Positions 1-12,747 of a DNA stretch of 64,000 bases are shown piece after piece (the stretch's first letter is position 1; each line of letters starts with the position of its first letter). The position numbers were made by a program, and so were the translations under genes. The DNA is from an archaeon (lineage in GTDB: Archaea; Undinarchaeota; Undinarchaeia; Undinarchaeales; JBDRKL01): positions 1-64,000 of the forward strand of contig JBDRKL010000012.1 of the NCBI GenBank assembly GCA_043814055.1. Direction: 5' to 3'. Below the pieces are notes generated by a model. It worked only from the letters and a program-made list of their open reading frames with translations, had not been told where the DNA came from and did no database searches.

Positions 1-87
1 TTCAGTAAGAGTGGTTTTGCCGTGGTCTATGTGCCCGACTAATCCGATGTTGACCTCTGGGAGTTTGCAGACTTGTTTTTCACTCAT
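1..87 (-). CDS. eif2g: translation initiation factor aIF2 gamma subunit (N-terminus only, runs off window)
   Basis: Hand translation of the minus strand from ATG at 87 gives [29 protein letters not shown]. It has the GHIDHGKT P-loop and the conserved position after rps6e. Confidence 0.9.
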   Translation of the reverse strand, partial: MSEKQVCKLPEVNIGLVGHIDHGKTTLTE

Positions 88-98
88 AATAGATTAGT

Positions 99-545
99 TT
101 ATTCGGACTTTTCCTCAACAGGAGCAGTCTCTTCCTTTGGAGCTTCCGCCGGTTTCTCTTCCTTTGGAGCTTCCGCCTTGCCCAGGAGTTTGTCCAGCGC
201 TGGAGTTCCTGCAGTTACAACTTTCATATTGACCTGTACGATGTCCCCGCTGATTGTCCTGCCGCGGATTCGCTTCTTCCTGCGCTCGCCCTTGTGGAGT
301 GGGTTAAAACCAACCCCACCAGAGAGCAGGAGCCTTCGTGATGCAGCGCCTGATACGTCGTTCCTCATTGGATTGCCAACGCTGTCAGAGCCGCCTGTGA
401 GCTCAAGCTCGTAGCCAGGCAGACCGATTGTATCTCCCTGTATTTTCTCGCTGAGCTTCTTGCCCAAGAGTGCTGAGACGTCCTCAAGCTCCTTCTGGTA
501 TGTTTTTCCTGTTTTTGGGTCCGATATTACCAATTTAAATGCCAT
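99..545 (-). CDS. rps6e: 30S ribosomal protein S6e
   Basis: FKLVISDPKTGK and ELTGGSD..G.PMR motifs, KGERRKKRIRG; acidic C-terminal tail. Confidence 0.95.
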   Translation of the reverse strand: MAFKLVISDPKTGKTYQKELEDVSALLGKKLSEKIQGDTIGLPGYELELTGGSDSVGNPMRNDVSGAASRRLLLSGGVGFNPLHKGERRKKRIRGRTISGDIVQVNMKVVTAGTPALDKLLGKAEAPKEEKPAEAPKEETAPVEEKSE

Positions 546-551
546 TCAAAT

Positions 552-2306
552 TCACCTCTTTTTGATTATGTCTTCTATTTCGTTTAACAGTTCCAGAATC
601 CCTGGTCCCAGAGATTCAAATAACTTTTCCTTAATGAGTTTAATATCTCGCTTAGGAACGTGAACATATAAGATATCTTTCTCTTTAATATGCCTTCCGA
701 TTGTGGGCCCGACTATGGAAACCGCGACTTGCTCGCCTAATTTGGCCTCTTCTATGGCTTTATTATCCTTTTGCAGGGCTTTTATTGTTCCAATGACTTC
801 ACCAGTTTTAGTCATCAGCTCCTGCTTCGGCTTGATTGAGCCGGCAAGCACTTCAAAACCGCAGATTGCAGGATTGCACTGCCTGAACACGCAGCCTTCC
901 ATCAGCTTGATTTTGCCAGGCATAGTTAGTTCAGAGAGGAGTTCTTCCTTTGTCTTGTCCATCTGGTCCTGCTTCCACTGCTTGAATTCCTCAATCAATC
1001 CGTAAACAACGTCGCCCTCAAAAATCCTTAGCCTTAGTTTTTCAGCTTCGGCTTTTGCATCAGGGAGCAGCTTCACGTTGAACGCGAAAATCACCGCATC
1101 AAGCTCGTTTTCGTTCCGGACGGATTCCGCCTCCATAACATCCTTTCTTGAAACATCGCCGAAAGACGCTTTCCTGACAACTATGCCGTCGTCCTGAAGC
1201 ATTTTCACAAGCGCCTCAAGTGAGCCGATTGTGTCTGCTTTCACTATCACGCCGTTGTCATCTGTGTGGATTTGAACTTCCTCTATCTGCGAGCGAACTT
1301 CATCCTTCACGTTTTCAAGCTCAGCAGCTGACGCGACCATAACAGGAGAACCCGGGAGTGCATTCTCAATTCCAGGGGCAGATATCTTGATTCCAGCAGC
1401 TGCTGCTGCTTCGTCAACGCTTTTGAACTGGCTGCCGATTCTGATTTCCTGTAGCGGGTTCGGTCGCAGGAGAGCTTTTATTTTTGTGACTATTGGCTCG
1501 CCGGTTGTTCCGACAACGATTGTATCGCCTTTTTTCAAGGTCCCGTCATAGAGTATCACGTCAAGTGTTGCGCCGAGCCCTTCCATCTGCTTCACCTCAA
1601 GAACTGAGCCTTTCCCAGGACCTGAAACATCAACCTTGAGCTGTTCACCCATGTATTTTTGCGTCAGCCCGGTAAGGACCATTAGAAATTCAGGAATTCC
1701 CTCACCAGTCTTTGCGCTGATTGGTATGATGCCTACCTGTTTCGTGAAGTCGCCCACTCGGTCAAACCGCTCCGAGCTGAACTCGTTCTTGTGCAGGATT
1801 TCAACAATTTCGTAGATTTTTGTGTCAACTCTCTGCTGGACGTCCTCGCTCTGACTCTTAAAAGATTTGAGAAGCGGAATTTTTGGGTTTGATCGCCAGC
1901 CGTGGAAGAGGTCAATCTTGTTTGCGAGAACTATGAAAGGAGTTTTGTATGATTTTAAAATTTTAAGCGCCTCGTAAGTTTGCGGCTTGAACCCCTCGTT
2001 TATGTCAACGATTAAAACTCCGATGTCTGAGATTGAGCCACCGCGCTTTCGCAGGTTTGTGAACGCTGCGTGGCCAGGCGTGTCTATGAATAAAAGTCCA
2101 GGAATTGTAACCTCAACTCCAGCCTGCAATAGCAAAGGGCCGCAGATTTTTTTCACAACATCAATCGGGACTTCAGTTGCGCCAATGTGCTGAGTGATTC
2201 CGCCAGCCTCCTTATCAACCACAGTTGAGCTGCGTATCCTGTCCAGTAGCGAAGTCTTTCCGTGGTCTATGTGTCCAAGGACGGATACTATTGGTTGGCG
2301 TATCAT
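552..2306 (-). CDS. infB: translation initiation factor aIF5B (IF-2)
   Basis: [34 protein letters not shown] motifs; 584 aa, no intein. Confidence 0.97.
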   Translation of the reverse strand: MIRQPIVSVLGHIDHGKTSLLDRIRSSTVVDKEAGGITQHIGATEVPIDVVKKICGPLLLQAGVEVTIPGLLFIDTPGHAAFTNLRKRGGSISDIGVLIVDINEGFKPQTYEALKILKSYKTPFIVLANKIDLFHGWRSNPKIPLLKSFKSQSEDVQQRVDTKIYEIVEILHKNEFSSERFDRVGDFTKQVGIIPISAKTGEGIPEFLMVLTGLTQKYMGEQLKVDVSGPGKGSVLEVKQMEGLGATLDVILYDGTLKKGDTIVVGTTGEPIVTKIKALLRPNPLQEIRIGSQFKSVDEAAAAAGIKISAPGIENALPGSPVMVASAAELENVKDEVRSQIEEVQIHTDDNGVIVKADTIGSLEALVKMLQDDGIVVRKASFGDVSRKDVMEAESVRNENELDAVIFAFNVKLLPDAKAEAEKLRLRIFEGDVVYGLIEEFKQWKQDQMDKTKEELLSELTMPGKIKLMEGCVFRQCNPAICGFEVLAGSIKPKQELMTKTGEVIGTIKALQKDNKAIEEAKLGEQVAVSIVGPTIGRHIKEKDILYVHVPKRDIKLIKEKLFESLGPGILELLNEIEDIIKKR

Positions 2307-2383
2307 AGAAAATCACCATTCTTGATATACTGTGTACGTGGGGTTTAATAAAGTTATTATACAGCGGAGTTTTACTGCAGCCC

Positions 2384-3559
2384 ATGGATTACAAGGCGAA
2401 TATTTGGAAGATGTACTTTTTGAGTTTTCTAGCCAATATGCATTTCTTCGCAGGAGTTATGATTCCATTTTTTATGTACTGGGGCAAAATCAGCTATATG
2501 CAGATAATGATGCTGCAGGCACTTTTCATTTTAAGCGTTTTCATTCTGGAGGTTCCTACAGGAGCGATTGCGGATAGGTTTGGAAGGAAGATTTCAATCT
2601 CGCTGGGAATGCTCGGACTTATAGCAGGAGTGCTGATTTATGCTTCAATCCCGAACATTTGGGTTTTTATGGTTGGTGAAGTAATATGGGCGCTTGGCTG
2701 CGCATTGATTTCAGGCGCGGACGAGGCGATTTTGTATGACACCCTAAAAAAAATGAAAAAGGAACGAGACTTTAAGAAAGTTCTTGGAAGATACACAAGC
2801 TTCCTCCTGCTCGGCATACTGGTTGCCGGGCCTATTGGAAGTTTTATCGCGGGCACAATTGGGCTGCGGTATTCAATGATGTTAATGGCTGTGCCGCTTT
2901 TCTTTGCGTTCCTGGTTGCTCTGACGCTTAAGGAACCGCCCATAGTAAAGAAAATCTCAAAGGAGAACTATTTCAAAACATTGATAGAGGGAGTTAATTA
3001 TTTTAGAAAACACAAGATTTTGAAAATACTTGCCTTTGACAAGATAATGGTTTGGACGATAATATTTCTGGTGGTGTGGACTTACCAGCCTCTGCTTCTC
3101 GGTCTTGGGATGAAATTAATATACCTCGGTTTCGTGGTAAGCGCAATGACCTTTTTTGAGATAGTTGTGATTAACAGCGCGGACAGGCTGGAAAAAATAT
3201 TCCGCGGGAAGCTCAGATTCCTGAGGCTCAGCGCGATTATTTGCGCAGCAGCATACATACTGGCTGGACTAACAAGCCTAATTCTGCTTTCCACGATTTT
3301 GGTTATAATAATCGCAGGGTTTGGAACTGCGCGAGAGGTTTTGCTCAGGAATTATATGAACAAGCATGTTGAGTCTAGAACGCGTGCAACCGTGATGTCA
3401 GCTGTTTCAATGTTTCAGTGCCTAGTTCAGGGAATTTTCTACATAATACTTGGATTGCTGGTTGCGTGGTCGCTTGAATACACGCACGTTGTACTTGGCG
3501 TTTTGATACTCATCGTTGTTCTGGTTTCAAGAGTTGAAGAAAAGCATTTGCTGGACTAA
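2384..3559 (+). CDS. MFS transporter
   Basis: EVPTGAIADRFGRK (MFS motif A), SGADEA; about 12 hydrophobic segments. Confidence 0.9.
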   Translation: MDYKANIWKMYFLSFLANMHFFAGVMIPFFMYWGKISYMQIMMLQALFILSVFILEVPTGAIADRFGRKISISLGMLGLIAGVLIYASIPNIWVFMVGEVIWALGCALISGADEAILYDTLKKMKKERDFKKVLGRYTSFLLLGILVAGPIGSFIAGTIGLRYSMMLMAVPLFFAFLVALTLKEPPIVKKISKENYFKTLIEGVNYFRKHKILKILAFDKIMVWTIIFLVVWTYQPLLLGLGMKLIYLGFVVSAMTFFEIVVINSADRLEKIFRGKLRFLRLSAIICAAAYILAGLTSLILLSTILVIIIAGFGTAREVLLRNYMNKHVESRTRATVMSAVSMFQCLVQGIFYIILGLLVAWSLEYTHVVLGVLILIVVLVSRVEEKHLLD

Positions 3560-3566
3560 AAAATAA

Positions 3567-3869
3567 CGAGCGAAGCTCCGAATTGCGAAGCAATTCGTTT
3601 TTGATCAAACTCCAGACGCGCGAAGCGCGTTGGCCTCGGACGCTTTGTGTCCGACATTTTTCACAAATAAAAAGTTTGCGTCGAGCGAAGCGAGATTTTT
3701 GGTCAAGCTTTTTGCACGAGCGATAGCGAGTCTTTTTGATCACTCCGCCTGCTCGCGGAGGTAGAGCGGAGGCATTCGCCTTCGGCGAAGCCTCTATATA
3801 ATTTAGCATACGAGCGAAGCGAGTTTTTTGATCAAACTTTTTGGATAAATATCACCAATAAAAAGTTTG
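3567..3869. repeat. tandem cluster of about four family-A hairpin repeat units (CGAGCGAAGCGAG...TTTTTGRTCAARC-T5...A5G(G/T)TTG)
   Basis: CGAGCG(A/AT)AGC recurs near 3567, 3682, 3717 and 3811, each followed by TTTTTG(A/G)TCA. Inverted repeat CAAACTTTTT...AAAAAGTTTG ends 1 nt from the RNase P RNA 3' end. Confidence 0.85.
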
Positions 3870-3870
3870 T

Positions 3871-4207
3871 GCCGGAGTCAGTCGTAAATCTTCTTCTGTT
3901 TGTGCACTCTGAATTTTTGAGGTTCAGTGTGCCCGCGGTGAAGCGGGTGACGGCATTTTACTAAGCACCATACCGGCTTTCTCATCAGCGGTCATTGAAA
4001 GCACATTTGGCTTGCATCCATGCAGGCACTGTTCGTTTCATCCAAGCCGTTAGATCTCTGCTTTTCAGCTTCATGGCGTATAAACGGTGTGGTTCGTTTC
4101 TGTGACAGCACCAAACCCTCTCAGGCTTTCCATTGCTGGCTACACTGCTGTGGATGGAAGATTTTCCTCAGCCGCAAAGCGGCCGTAAGCCGTCCACTAA
4201 CTCCGGC
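3871..4207 (-). ncRNA. rnpB: RNase P RNA
   Basis: P1 termini GCCGGAGT.../...ACTCCGGC. Conserved blocks GAGGAAA, ACAGAAAC, TGAAAC, GCAAG and AACAGAA occur in the correct order. Confidence 0.9.
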
Positions 4208-4243
4208 TCGTAATTAGTGTGAAAGCGGGTATTTATGCTTTCC

Positions 4244-4810
4244 TCAAAGAACTTTCCCGCCGAGATATGGGATTGACTGCAGAACTTGTTTTGGGTTGCT
4301 TGACGCGTACGCGCCGATGAACTTGTACCTGCGCGCGTGGCCTTGCACTATGAGCTTTTTGCTTGTTAAGCCCCTGACTTTTATTGACGCAATTTCGTCG
4401 TAAGTGAAGTCCAGCTCGGTCTTGTAGCCCTCGGCCACAAGCTGTTGATAAGTTTTGTCTTTGACTTTGTTCTGCGCGTGGATTCTGATATCCTTGTTCA
4501 TAGCATTTTGGAGAAAACCAGCGAACATCTGCCTGCCGAGGCCCATTGTGTCAAGCCGAATTGCGTGCATTCCATTGCGGTCAAAGTAGATGTTGTAGTA
4601 GGCGTTCCCGATTGCCCAGCCCTTGAGAAGCCACTCACGCGAATCAGGAGCATACTTGGACTGCGCAGGTTCAAGCCGTGGTGCGGGTTCCTGCCCCGTG
4701 ACTTCTGGCTCAGGCTCTGAAGTGAAGTAAGAATTACATAAAGCGCAGTACTGCTGTTCAGTTCCAGGGATAAGTTTCAGCGCGTTGCCGCACTTTGGGC
4801 ATTTTGACAT
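4244..4810 (-). CDS. hypothetical protein with N-terminal zinc ribbon
   Basis: CPKC...CALC followed by a Pro/Glu linker and a beta-rich domain; AT-rich TATA-like element upstream. Confidence 0.7.
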   Translation of the reverse strand: MSKCPKCGNALKLIPGTEQQYCALCNSYFTSEPEPEVTGQEPAPRLEPAQSKYAPDSREWLLKGWAIGNAYYNIYFDRNGMHAIRLDTMGLGRQMFAGFLQNAMNKDIRIHAQNKVKDKTYQQLVAEGYKTELDFTYDEIASIKVRGLTSKKLIVQGHARRYKFIGAYASSNPKQVLQSIPYLGGKVL

Positions 4811-4918
4811 AGGATTGGATAGTTTACAGGATTTAAATTAGTTTGGGGTTAGAATTGACAATTTTTTGTTGGTAAAGCTTAAGTATATAGGAGGGCACTA
4901 AAAGTGTGGTGGAAAGGT

Positions 4919-5137
4919 ATGAGTAAGATACTCACAGTGTTAATTATCACGCTCGTCTTTGTAGCTGTGGTTATGTGGCTCTATGAAAATCCAGTGATTG
5001 AAACTGATGAAAAGGAAACACCAAATGTGCTGATTTCTTTTTTGAATTCAGGTGTGCTTGGAGTAATAACACTTATGCTGTTCTTGTTCCTTGGAATTGC
5101 TTATGTTGTCCTGCAGAGTGATGCGATGTTCCATTGA
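4919..5137 (+). CDS. small two-TM membrane protein
   Basis: Two hydrophobic segments. ATG at 4919 preferred over the upstream GTG. Confidence 0.6.
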   Translation: MSKILTVLIITLVFVAVVMWLYENPVIETDEKETPNVLISFLNSGVLGVITLMLFLFLGIAYVVLQSDAMFH

Positions 5138-5159
5138 TCCGCCCGCAAAATCGGGCGAG

Positions 5160-5206
5160 AGTTGTCCCGCATCACATTTGTGATGCTGCAACGCGGATGA
5201 GCAAGC
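5160..5206 (-). repeat. family-B hairpin repeat (GCAGCATCACAAA..TGATGCGGGACAA)
   Basis: Reverse complement contains GCAGCATCACAAATGTGATGCGGGACAAC, matching copies at 18630, 34858 and 35086. Confidence 0.75.
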
Positions 5207-5249
5207 CCACTACCTTTGGTTAGAGCTGATTGCTGCGCCACGCTATTTT

Positions 5250-8200
5250 TTACTTCTTAGACTTGGACCCAAATACATTCTTGCCATTGTACCTGAAGTA
5301 CACACCAATTAGACCCATAACCATTAGAACTGATATAATTTGAGGGGCTGCATTGCTGAGTACTGCAAGACCAGTTGGTCCGCCTTCGTCTTCTACAGGA
5401 GCTACAATCGCTTCCCTAGTCTCCTCAACTACAAGTTCAGGAGCTGGGATTTCTTCCACTACTTCTTCTGTCTGCTCTGCATTCATTGAAGGTGCTGAAG
5501 AAGGTGCTGCAGAAGGACTGCCTCCACCTACAATTGGAGTTGTGGTTGGAGCCGCTTTTTGGAATGGAGCCCACACGCTGAAGTGCGTTGCATTAGCCCA
5601 TACATAGTTCTCGTCCATATTAACTCCGCCGTTTGGATCATCATACGTGACCCATGCGCCATTTGCCTCGTCGTAATAGGTCAGGCGAAGCTGGGACTCG
5701 TCCATGCCTGCAACATCAGCATCAGTGTAGTAAATCTTTAGAAGCACCCAGCTGATGTCAATCTCATCAGATAATTCAATATCAAGCCACTGCCCAAGTC
5801 CTGACAAGGAAAACACTCCTGCAGCCGGGTTTTGGTTGTAATACCCAACATTTATGTGGCCGTAGAAAGGCGAATTTGTGTGAACTTCTGCTGAGAACCC
5901 TGCTGATCTGCCGCCGATTGTTGCACTTCCGCCAGATGTGTCCAGATTTAAGTATGCATAGCCCTCCTGCCCTGAGCTGAAGTTGATTAGCTCATTGTTA
6001 ATTGTTATGGTGCAGTTGTTCCGTGTTACACTTCCACCCATTGGAGCTATGTAGCCGTTTGCAATCTCAATATCATTGTTTTCGCATGTGACTGGCTCGG
6101 TAATTGACCAGTAGACTGACCTGCTGGACTCATCATATATTCCGTAGTCCCCGTTGTTTTTGAAATCGCCGTTTGTCATGTAGACTGTTGAATCAGAGTC
6201 AAGATACAAGCCAGTCATCCCTTCTTCCCGCATTCTTGGCGGGGTGCTTGTCTTGCGCTCAGAGACTTTTGCCTCAATGTGTGGGTCATACTCGTCCGTT
6301 TCTGTGTACTTTTCATATGCTGCTGTAGCTGTTGCAAGTGCGTCTGGTGACGACATTTCGTCCACGTACCCACAGAACTCAAGTTCATCAGGGTTGTTGT
6401 CATTGAAGTTTGTGTTTTCAATGTTTGCAGAGCTTTGTGAGAGCCTTATGCCTTCGCAGTTCTCATATATCTCTGTGTCTTGGATTGTGGGTCGGGCATC
6501 TGGGTCACATTCTGGCTCAGGCTCAGTCTCTTCCTCTGATGGGGCTGCGGGTAGTGCGTTTTTTTCATATTCCTCTGCCTCGCACTCGCCTGTGCCAGAG
6601 TCCTCCAAGTAAGCGCCATACTCGTTCTGGTAGTAGGAATCTTCGCTCATTATAAAGTCATTTATTTCAGAACTGTAGAACCCGTAATATGCTCCAGAAA
6701 CATCGTTGCCTTCAAAGTAATTGCCGTTTGGAGACATGTGGTTGCTGTACAGGGATATGCCAGCATAGGCGTATCCTTCGCCTTCCACTTTGACTGTGTT
6801 GTCAATTATTTGGTTGTTTGCAGTTCCAACGCGTATCCCAGTAAATGCCTCAACATTGTCTAGGGTTATTGTGTTCCCCTGAATGAGGTTGTTGCCACTG
6901 AACTCAGAATAATAACCTGCTACGCGAATGTTATGGTTCGGGTTGTTCTCAACTGTGTTGCCAATGACTCGTGAGTCTTTTGTTTCGTACAGCGTGAGCC
7001 CATTGTAGCCGTTGTCAGAAATAACATTGTCCTGCACAAGGATGTTGTTCTCGTAGTAAATCTCAATGCCGTCGTAGCTTCCCCAGTCATTAGCACCATT
7101 GTTTGTGACAATGTTGCCAATTATGTTGTGATTTGAGTAGTCGCCATCCTCACCGTAGATGTAGATTCCAGAATACGTGTTTGAGTCTATGAAATTGTTT
7201 TTTATATCCACTGAAGAGCTGTAGTCAATTTCAATCCCATAACCAGCCCCATCTGTTATGTTGTTGTTCTGTATTGTGGTAAAGTTTGACTCGTAGTTGT
7301 AGATTCCATAGTATACGTTGTAATTCTCATCAATGTCATTGCTGTCTATTGTGTTGCCGATGCTCTCGTCCAGGTAAATCGAGCTGTATGTGTTGTCGTG
7401 CATATAGACGCCGGTTATGGTGTTGCTGTTAGACTTTTTAAGGTATACGCTACCGTAGTCCCAATAGTAATTGTTCTCTCCGATTTCTCCGCCGGTTATT
7501 AGATTGCTGTGGGAGTCCTCCATGTAGATGCCCTCATAATAGTTGTACATAATCGTGTTGTCCTGGAAGGTGTTGCCTGAGGAAGAATCCATATAGACTC
7601 CGTATCCAAAGTTTTCAATTTCGCAGTTCTTTATTGTAGCACCTGAGATTCCGTTCATGTAGAGCCCTATCCCCCCTTCATCGCCCCCTATTGAATATCC
7701 ATCGCAGTCAAGCGTTATACCATTTGAACCCAGGTATAGTGCTACGTCTGTATCTTCATAGGAGCAGTATTCTAGGCTGTCATCTTCCAGAGTGTAACTG
7801 TCCAGCAAAACTCCGCCGCACTCGCACCCGCCGAATTCGCCGCCGCAGGAGGTTTCATCGCAGAGGTCGCCGTCGCCGTTGTCATTCGTGTCCTTCTGGT
7901 CGGGGTTTACAGTTTCAGCGCAGTTGTCGCACGCATCTCCAATGCCGTCGCCGTCCGTGTCAGTCTGCTCTTCATTCGGGGTGTTCTGGCAGTTGTCGTT
8001 TTCATTTAGGATGCCGTCGTCATCAAAGTCCAAATCGTTTATTGTGATTTCTATTGTTGGAGAGTTTGTTTCCTCCGGGTTTGAGTCTGATGCATATATT
8101 ACATAGAAGTTATATGAAGTGCCGTGGCTTCCAGTTGGCATTACATTCCAGGCTACTGGGCAGGTGTCGTCTGTGTCCATTGCACCCAGGCACGCAGTAT

Positions 8201-8876
8201 CTTCATAGGTCATTGGGTTTGCTGTGGTTGTGTAGAACGGGTCGCCCTCGTTCATTGGCACAACCCCCTTGTCCCGGAAGACGCAAACGTAGCCGTAGTA
8301 TGAGTTGAAGGTTTCAGATGGGCTAGAGCAGTAGTGGCAGTCGCATTCGTACAAGTCGCTCCATCCAAAGCCGTCTCCTACTTTGCCGCAGCAGGAACTT
8401 TCTCCTTCTGCAGCATTTTCATCGCAGAAGTCAGAATCGTCATATGAATAATAAGGGAGGTCAAAACTGCCTTCCTGATACCAGTACAGCCATTGATAAT
8501 GCTCATCAAAGTTGACCATATCGCCGCCGAGGGAGAGGCAATTGTCTCGTGCATCCTGAAAAACAGTATAATCTTGTCTGGGGGAGGAATCCATATACCT
8601 TGTTTGGCCGTTAACTTCAATCTCAGCGCAGCCACCGTTGCATGGGTATGGGTCCAGCGTAAGAGTGACGTCACCGCAAAGACCGCCGGAACATAATACT
8701 TCAGCGCTGTAACCGAATGCCTGCTGTTGTATGACAGTTGCCGACGTTGAAAGCGGTGTTACAGTCACAACACCGGTAGCGGGAACAGAGCTTTCAATTT
8801 GCGCAGATACAGAACCAGCGCAAAGCGTTAAAACTAATACCAAAACCATTATTGAACTCAATACTAAATTCTTCAT
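5250..8876 (-). CDS. large secreted cell-surface protein: TSP3-like Ca-binding repeats, right-handed parallel beta-helix, C-terminal TM anchor
   Basis: Signal peptide; DxDxDGxGDxCDNC repeats; GIYL..S..N.I..N.I beta-helix repeats; Ser/Pro/Glu linker and TM helix; SD GGAGGT. Confidence 0.85.
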   Translation of the reverse strand: MKNLVLSSIMVLVLVLTLCAGSVSAQIESSVPATGVVTVTPLSTSATVIQQQAFGYSAEVLCSGGLCGDVTLTLDPYPCNGGCAEIEVNGQTRYMDSSPRQDYTVFQDARDNCLSLGGDMVNFDEHYQWLYWYQEGSFDLPYYSYDDSDFCDENAAEGESSCCGKVGDGFGWSDLYECDCHYCSSPSETFNSYYGYVCVFRDKGVVPMNEGDPFYTTTANPMTYEDTACLGAMDTDDTCPVAWNVMPTGSHGTSYNFYVIYASDSNPEETNSPTIEITINDLDFDDDGILNENDNCQNTPNEEQTDTDGDGIGDACDNCAETVNPDQKDTNDNGDGDLCDETSCGGEFGGCECGGVLLDSYTLEDDSLEYCSYEDTDVALYLGSNGITLDCDGYSIGGDEGGIGLYMNGISGATIKNCEIENFGYGVYMDSSSGNTFQDNTIMYNYYEGIYMEDSHSNLITGGEIGENNYYWDYGSVYLKKSNSNTITGVYMHDNTYSSIYLDESIGNTIDSNDIDENYNVYYGIYNYESNFTTIQNNNITDGAGYGIEIDYSSSVDIKNNFIDSNTYSGIYIYGEDGDYSNHNIIGNIVTNNGANDWGSYDGIEIYYENNILVQDNVISDNGYNGLTLYETKDSRVIGNTVENNPNHNIRVAGYYSEFSGNNLIQGNTITLDNVEAFTGIRVGTANNQIIDNTVKVEGEGYAYAGISLYSNHMSPNGNYFEGNDVSGAYYGFYSSEINDFIMSEDSYYQNEYGAYLEDSGTGECEAEEYEKNALPAAPSEEETEPEPECDPDARPTIQDTEIYENCEGIRLSQSSANIENTNFNDNNPDELEFCGYVDEMSSPDALATATAAYEKYTETDEYDPHIEAKVSERKTSTPPRMREEGMTGLYLDSDSTVYMTNGDFKNNGDYGIYDESSRSVYWSITEPVTCENNDIEIANGYIAPMGGSVTRNNCTITINNELINFSSGQEGYAYLNLDTSGGSATIGGRSAGFSAEVHTNSPFYGHINVGYYNQNPAAGVFSLSGLGQWLDIELSDEIDISWVLLKIYYTDADVAGMDESQLRLTYYDEANGAWVTYDDPNGGVNMDENYVWANATHFSVWAPFQKAAPTTTPIVGGGSPSAAPSSAPSMNAEQTEEVVEEIPAPELVVEETREAIVAPVEDEGGPTGLAVLSNAAPQIISVLMVMGLIGVYFRYNGKNVFGSKSKK

Positions 8877-8958
8877 TTGTACCTCCCCAGGTAAACAATC
8901 TCTCAGAGAGAAACTGTGTAGTTAGAGAAGTATGAGTGTGTTTATAAAGATTGTTATT

Positions 8959-9100
8959 CTCCGGCTGATCCAAACCCACGTAGTGGGTTGGACAACTCAC
9001 AAACCCGCCAAAGCGGGTTGCGCAACGCACATCAGTGCGTTTGCGCTGTCGCGAGTTTGTCCCGGAGGAAGAGCGTCCCGCATGACGTTGGTTATGCTGC
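8959..9100. repeat. nested hairpin cluster downstream of 23S rRNA, including a family-B copy (9076-9100)
   Basis: Several inverted repeats. CGCTGTCGCGAGTTTGT is shared with the repeat at ~37735, and GTCCCGCATGACGTTGGTTATGCTGC is a family-B variant. Confidence 0.6.
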
Positions 9101-9257
9101 ACAATGAAACGCCAGAGATTTTTAACAGTTTATATTGCTGGCGATTCATTGTGGCGGGACTGCTGAGTAAGTTGAGTGCCATTGGTTAAAGCTCACGCTC
9201 AACTTTGGATCAATTCTAAAAAAATTTTAGAGTGGTCCCGCATAGAGTATGTATTGG

Positions 9258-12200
<2,943 letters not shown>

Positions 12201-12423
12201 TACCCAAGTCTACGTCTATGCGGGACCAATGTTACATATTCCCGTGCAGACTAAAGCACGGAATGTAAGGCCGGTCATCGGGCATTGGGCTGTCGGGAGC
12301 CGTACCCTCGAGAACCTCTTCACTCCCACCCCAATAGATCTGGGAGTTGTGTCATCAATGAATTGATGATTGTGATTTCGAAGCGTGAGCTTCGAAAGAC
12401 ACCCAATTATTTGGGTGTGATGT

Positions 12424-12747
12424 TTAGTCAATTACCCGGCGAGCCACATCTTTTATTTTCTTCGCAGTGTCGTCGTGAAGGTCTTTTGCTGCTTTCGCTG
12501 CTTCGACCATTTTAGTAAGGAGCTTGTCTGCATCTGGCGCCTGCATTAGAGTATGAGATGCCAATGCATCGCTCTCTAGAGAGACTGCAGCTGTAAGTGC
12601 AAGATCTGTTCGGTTCAATGCCAAAATAAGGGACTCAAAATGTTCCCCTGCATCTCTGACATCCTTTTCAGATTCTGTAAGATCTTTTTCTACTTTGATT
12701 AGTGCATCTCTAAATGATTCAATTACTCTTTCTATATCTTCAGACAT
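12424..12747 (-). CDS. hypothetical helical protein inside the 16S-23S spacer
   Basis: 107-aa ORF with strong SD GAGGTGA, upstream TTTAAA and amphipathic helical composition. Confidence 0.7.
   Translation of the reverse strand: MSEDIERVIESFRDALIKVEKDLTESEKDVRDAGEHFESLILALNRTDLALTAAVSLESDALASHTLMQAPDADKLLTKMVEAAKAAKDLHDDTAKKIKDVARRVID

Noticed and set aside
3510-3809. 99-aa ORF across the repeat cluster (also 37561-37981)
   Set aside because: Translations of repeat or tRNA sequence; no transposase motifs.
8930-9230. 5S rRNA downstream of 23S
   Set aside because: No 5S conserved motifs were recognisable on either strand.
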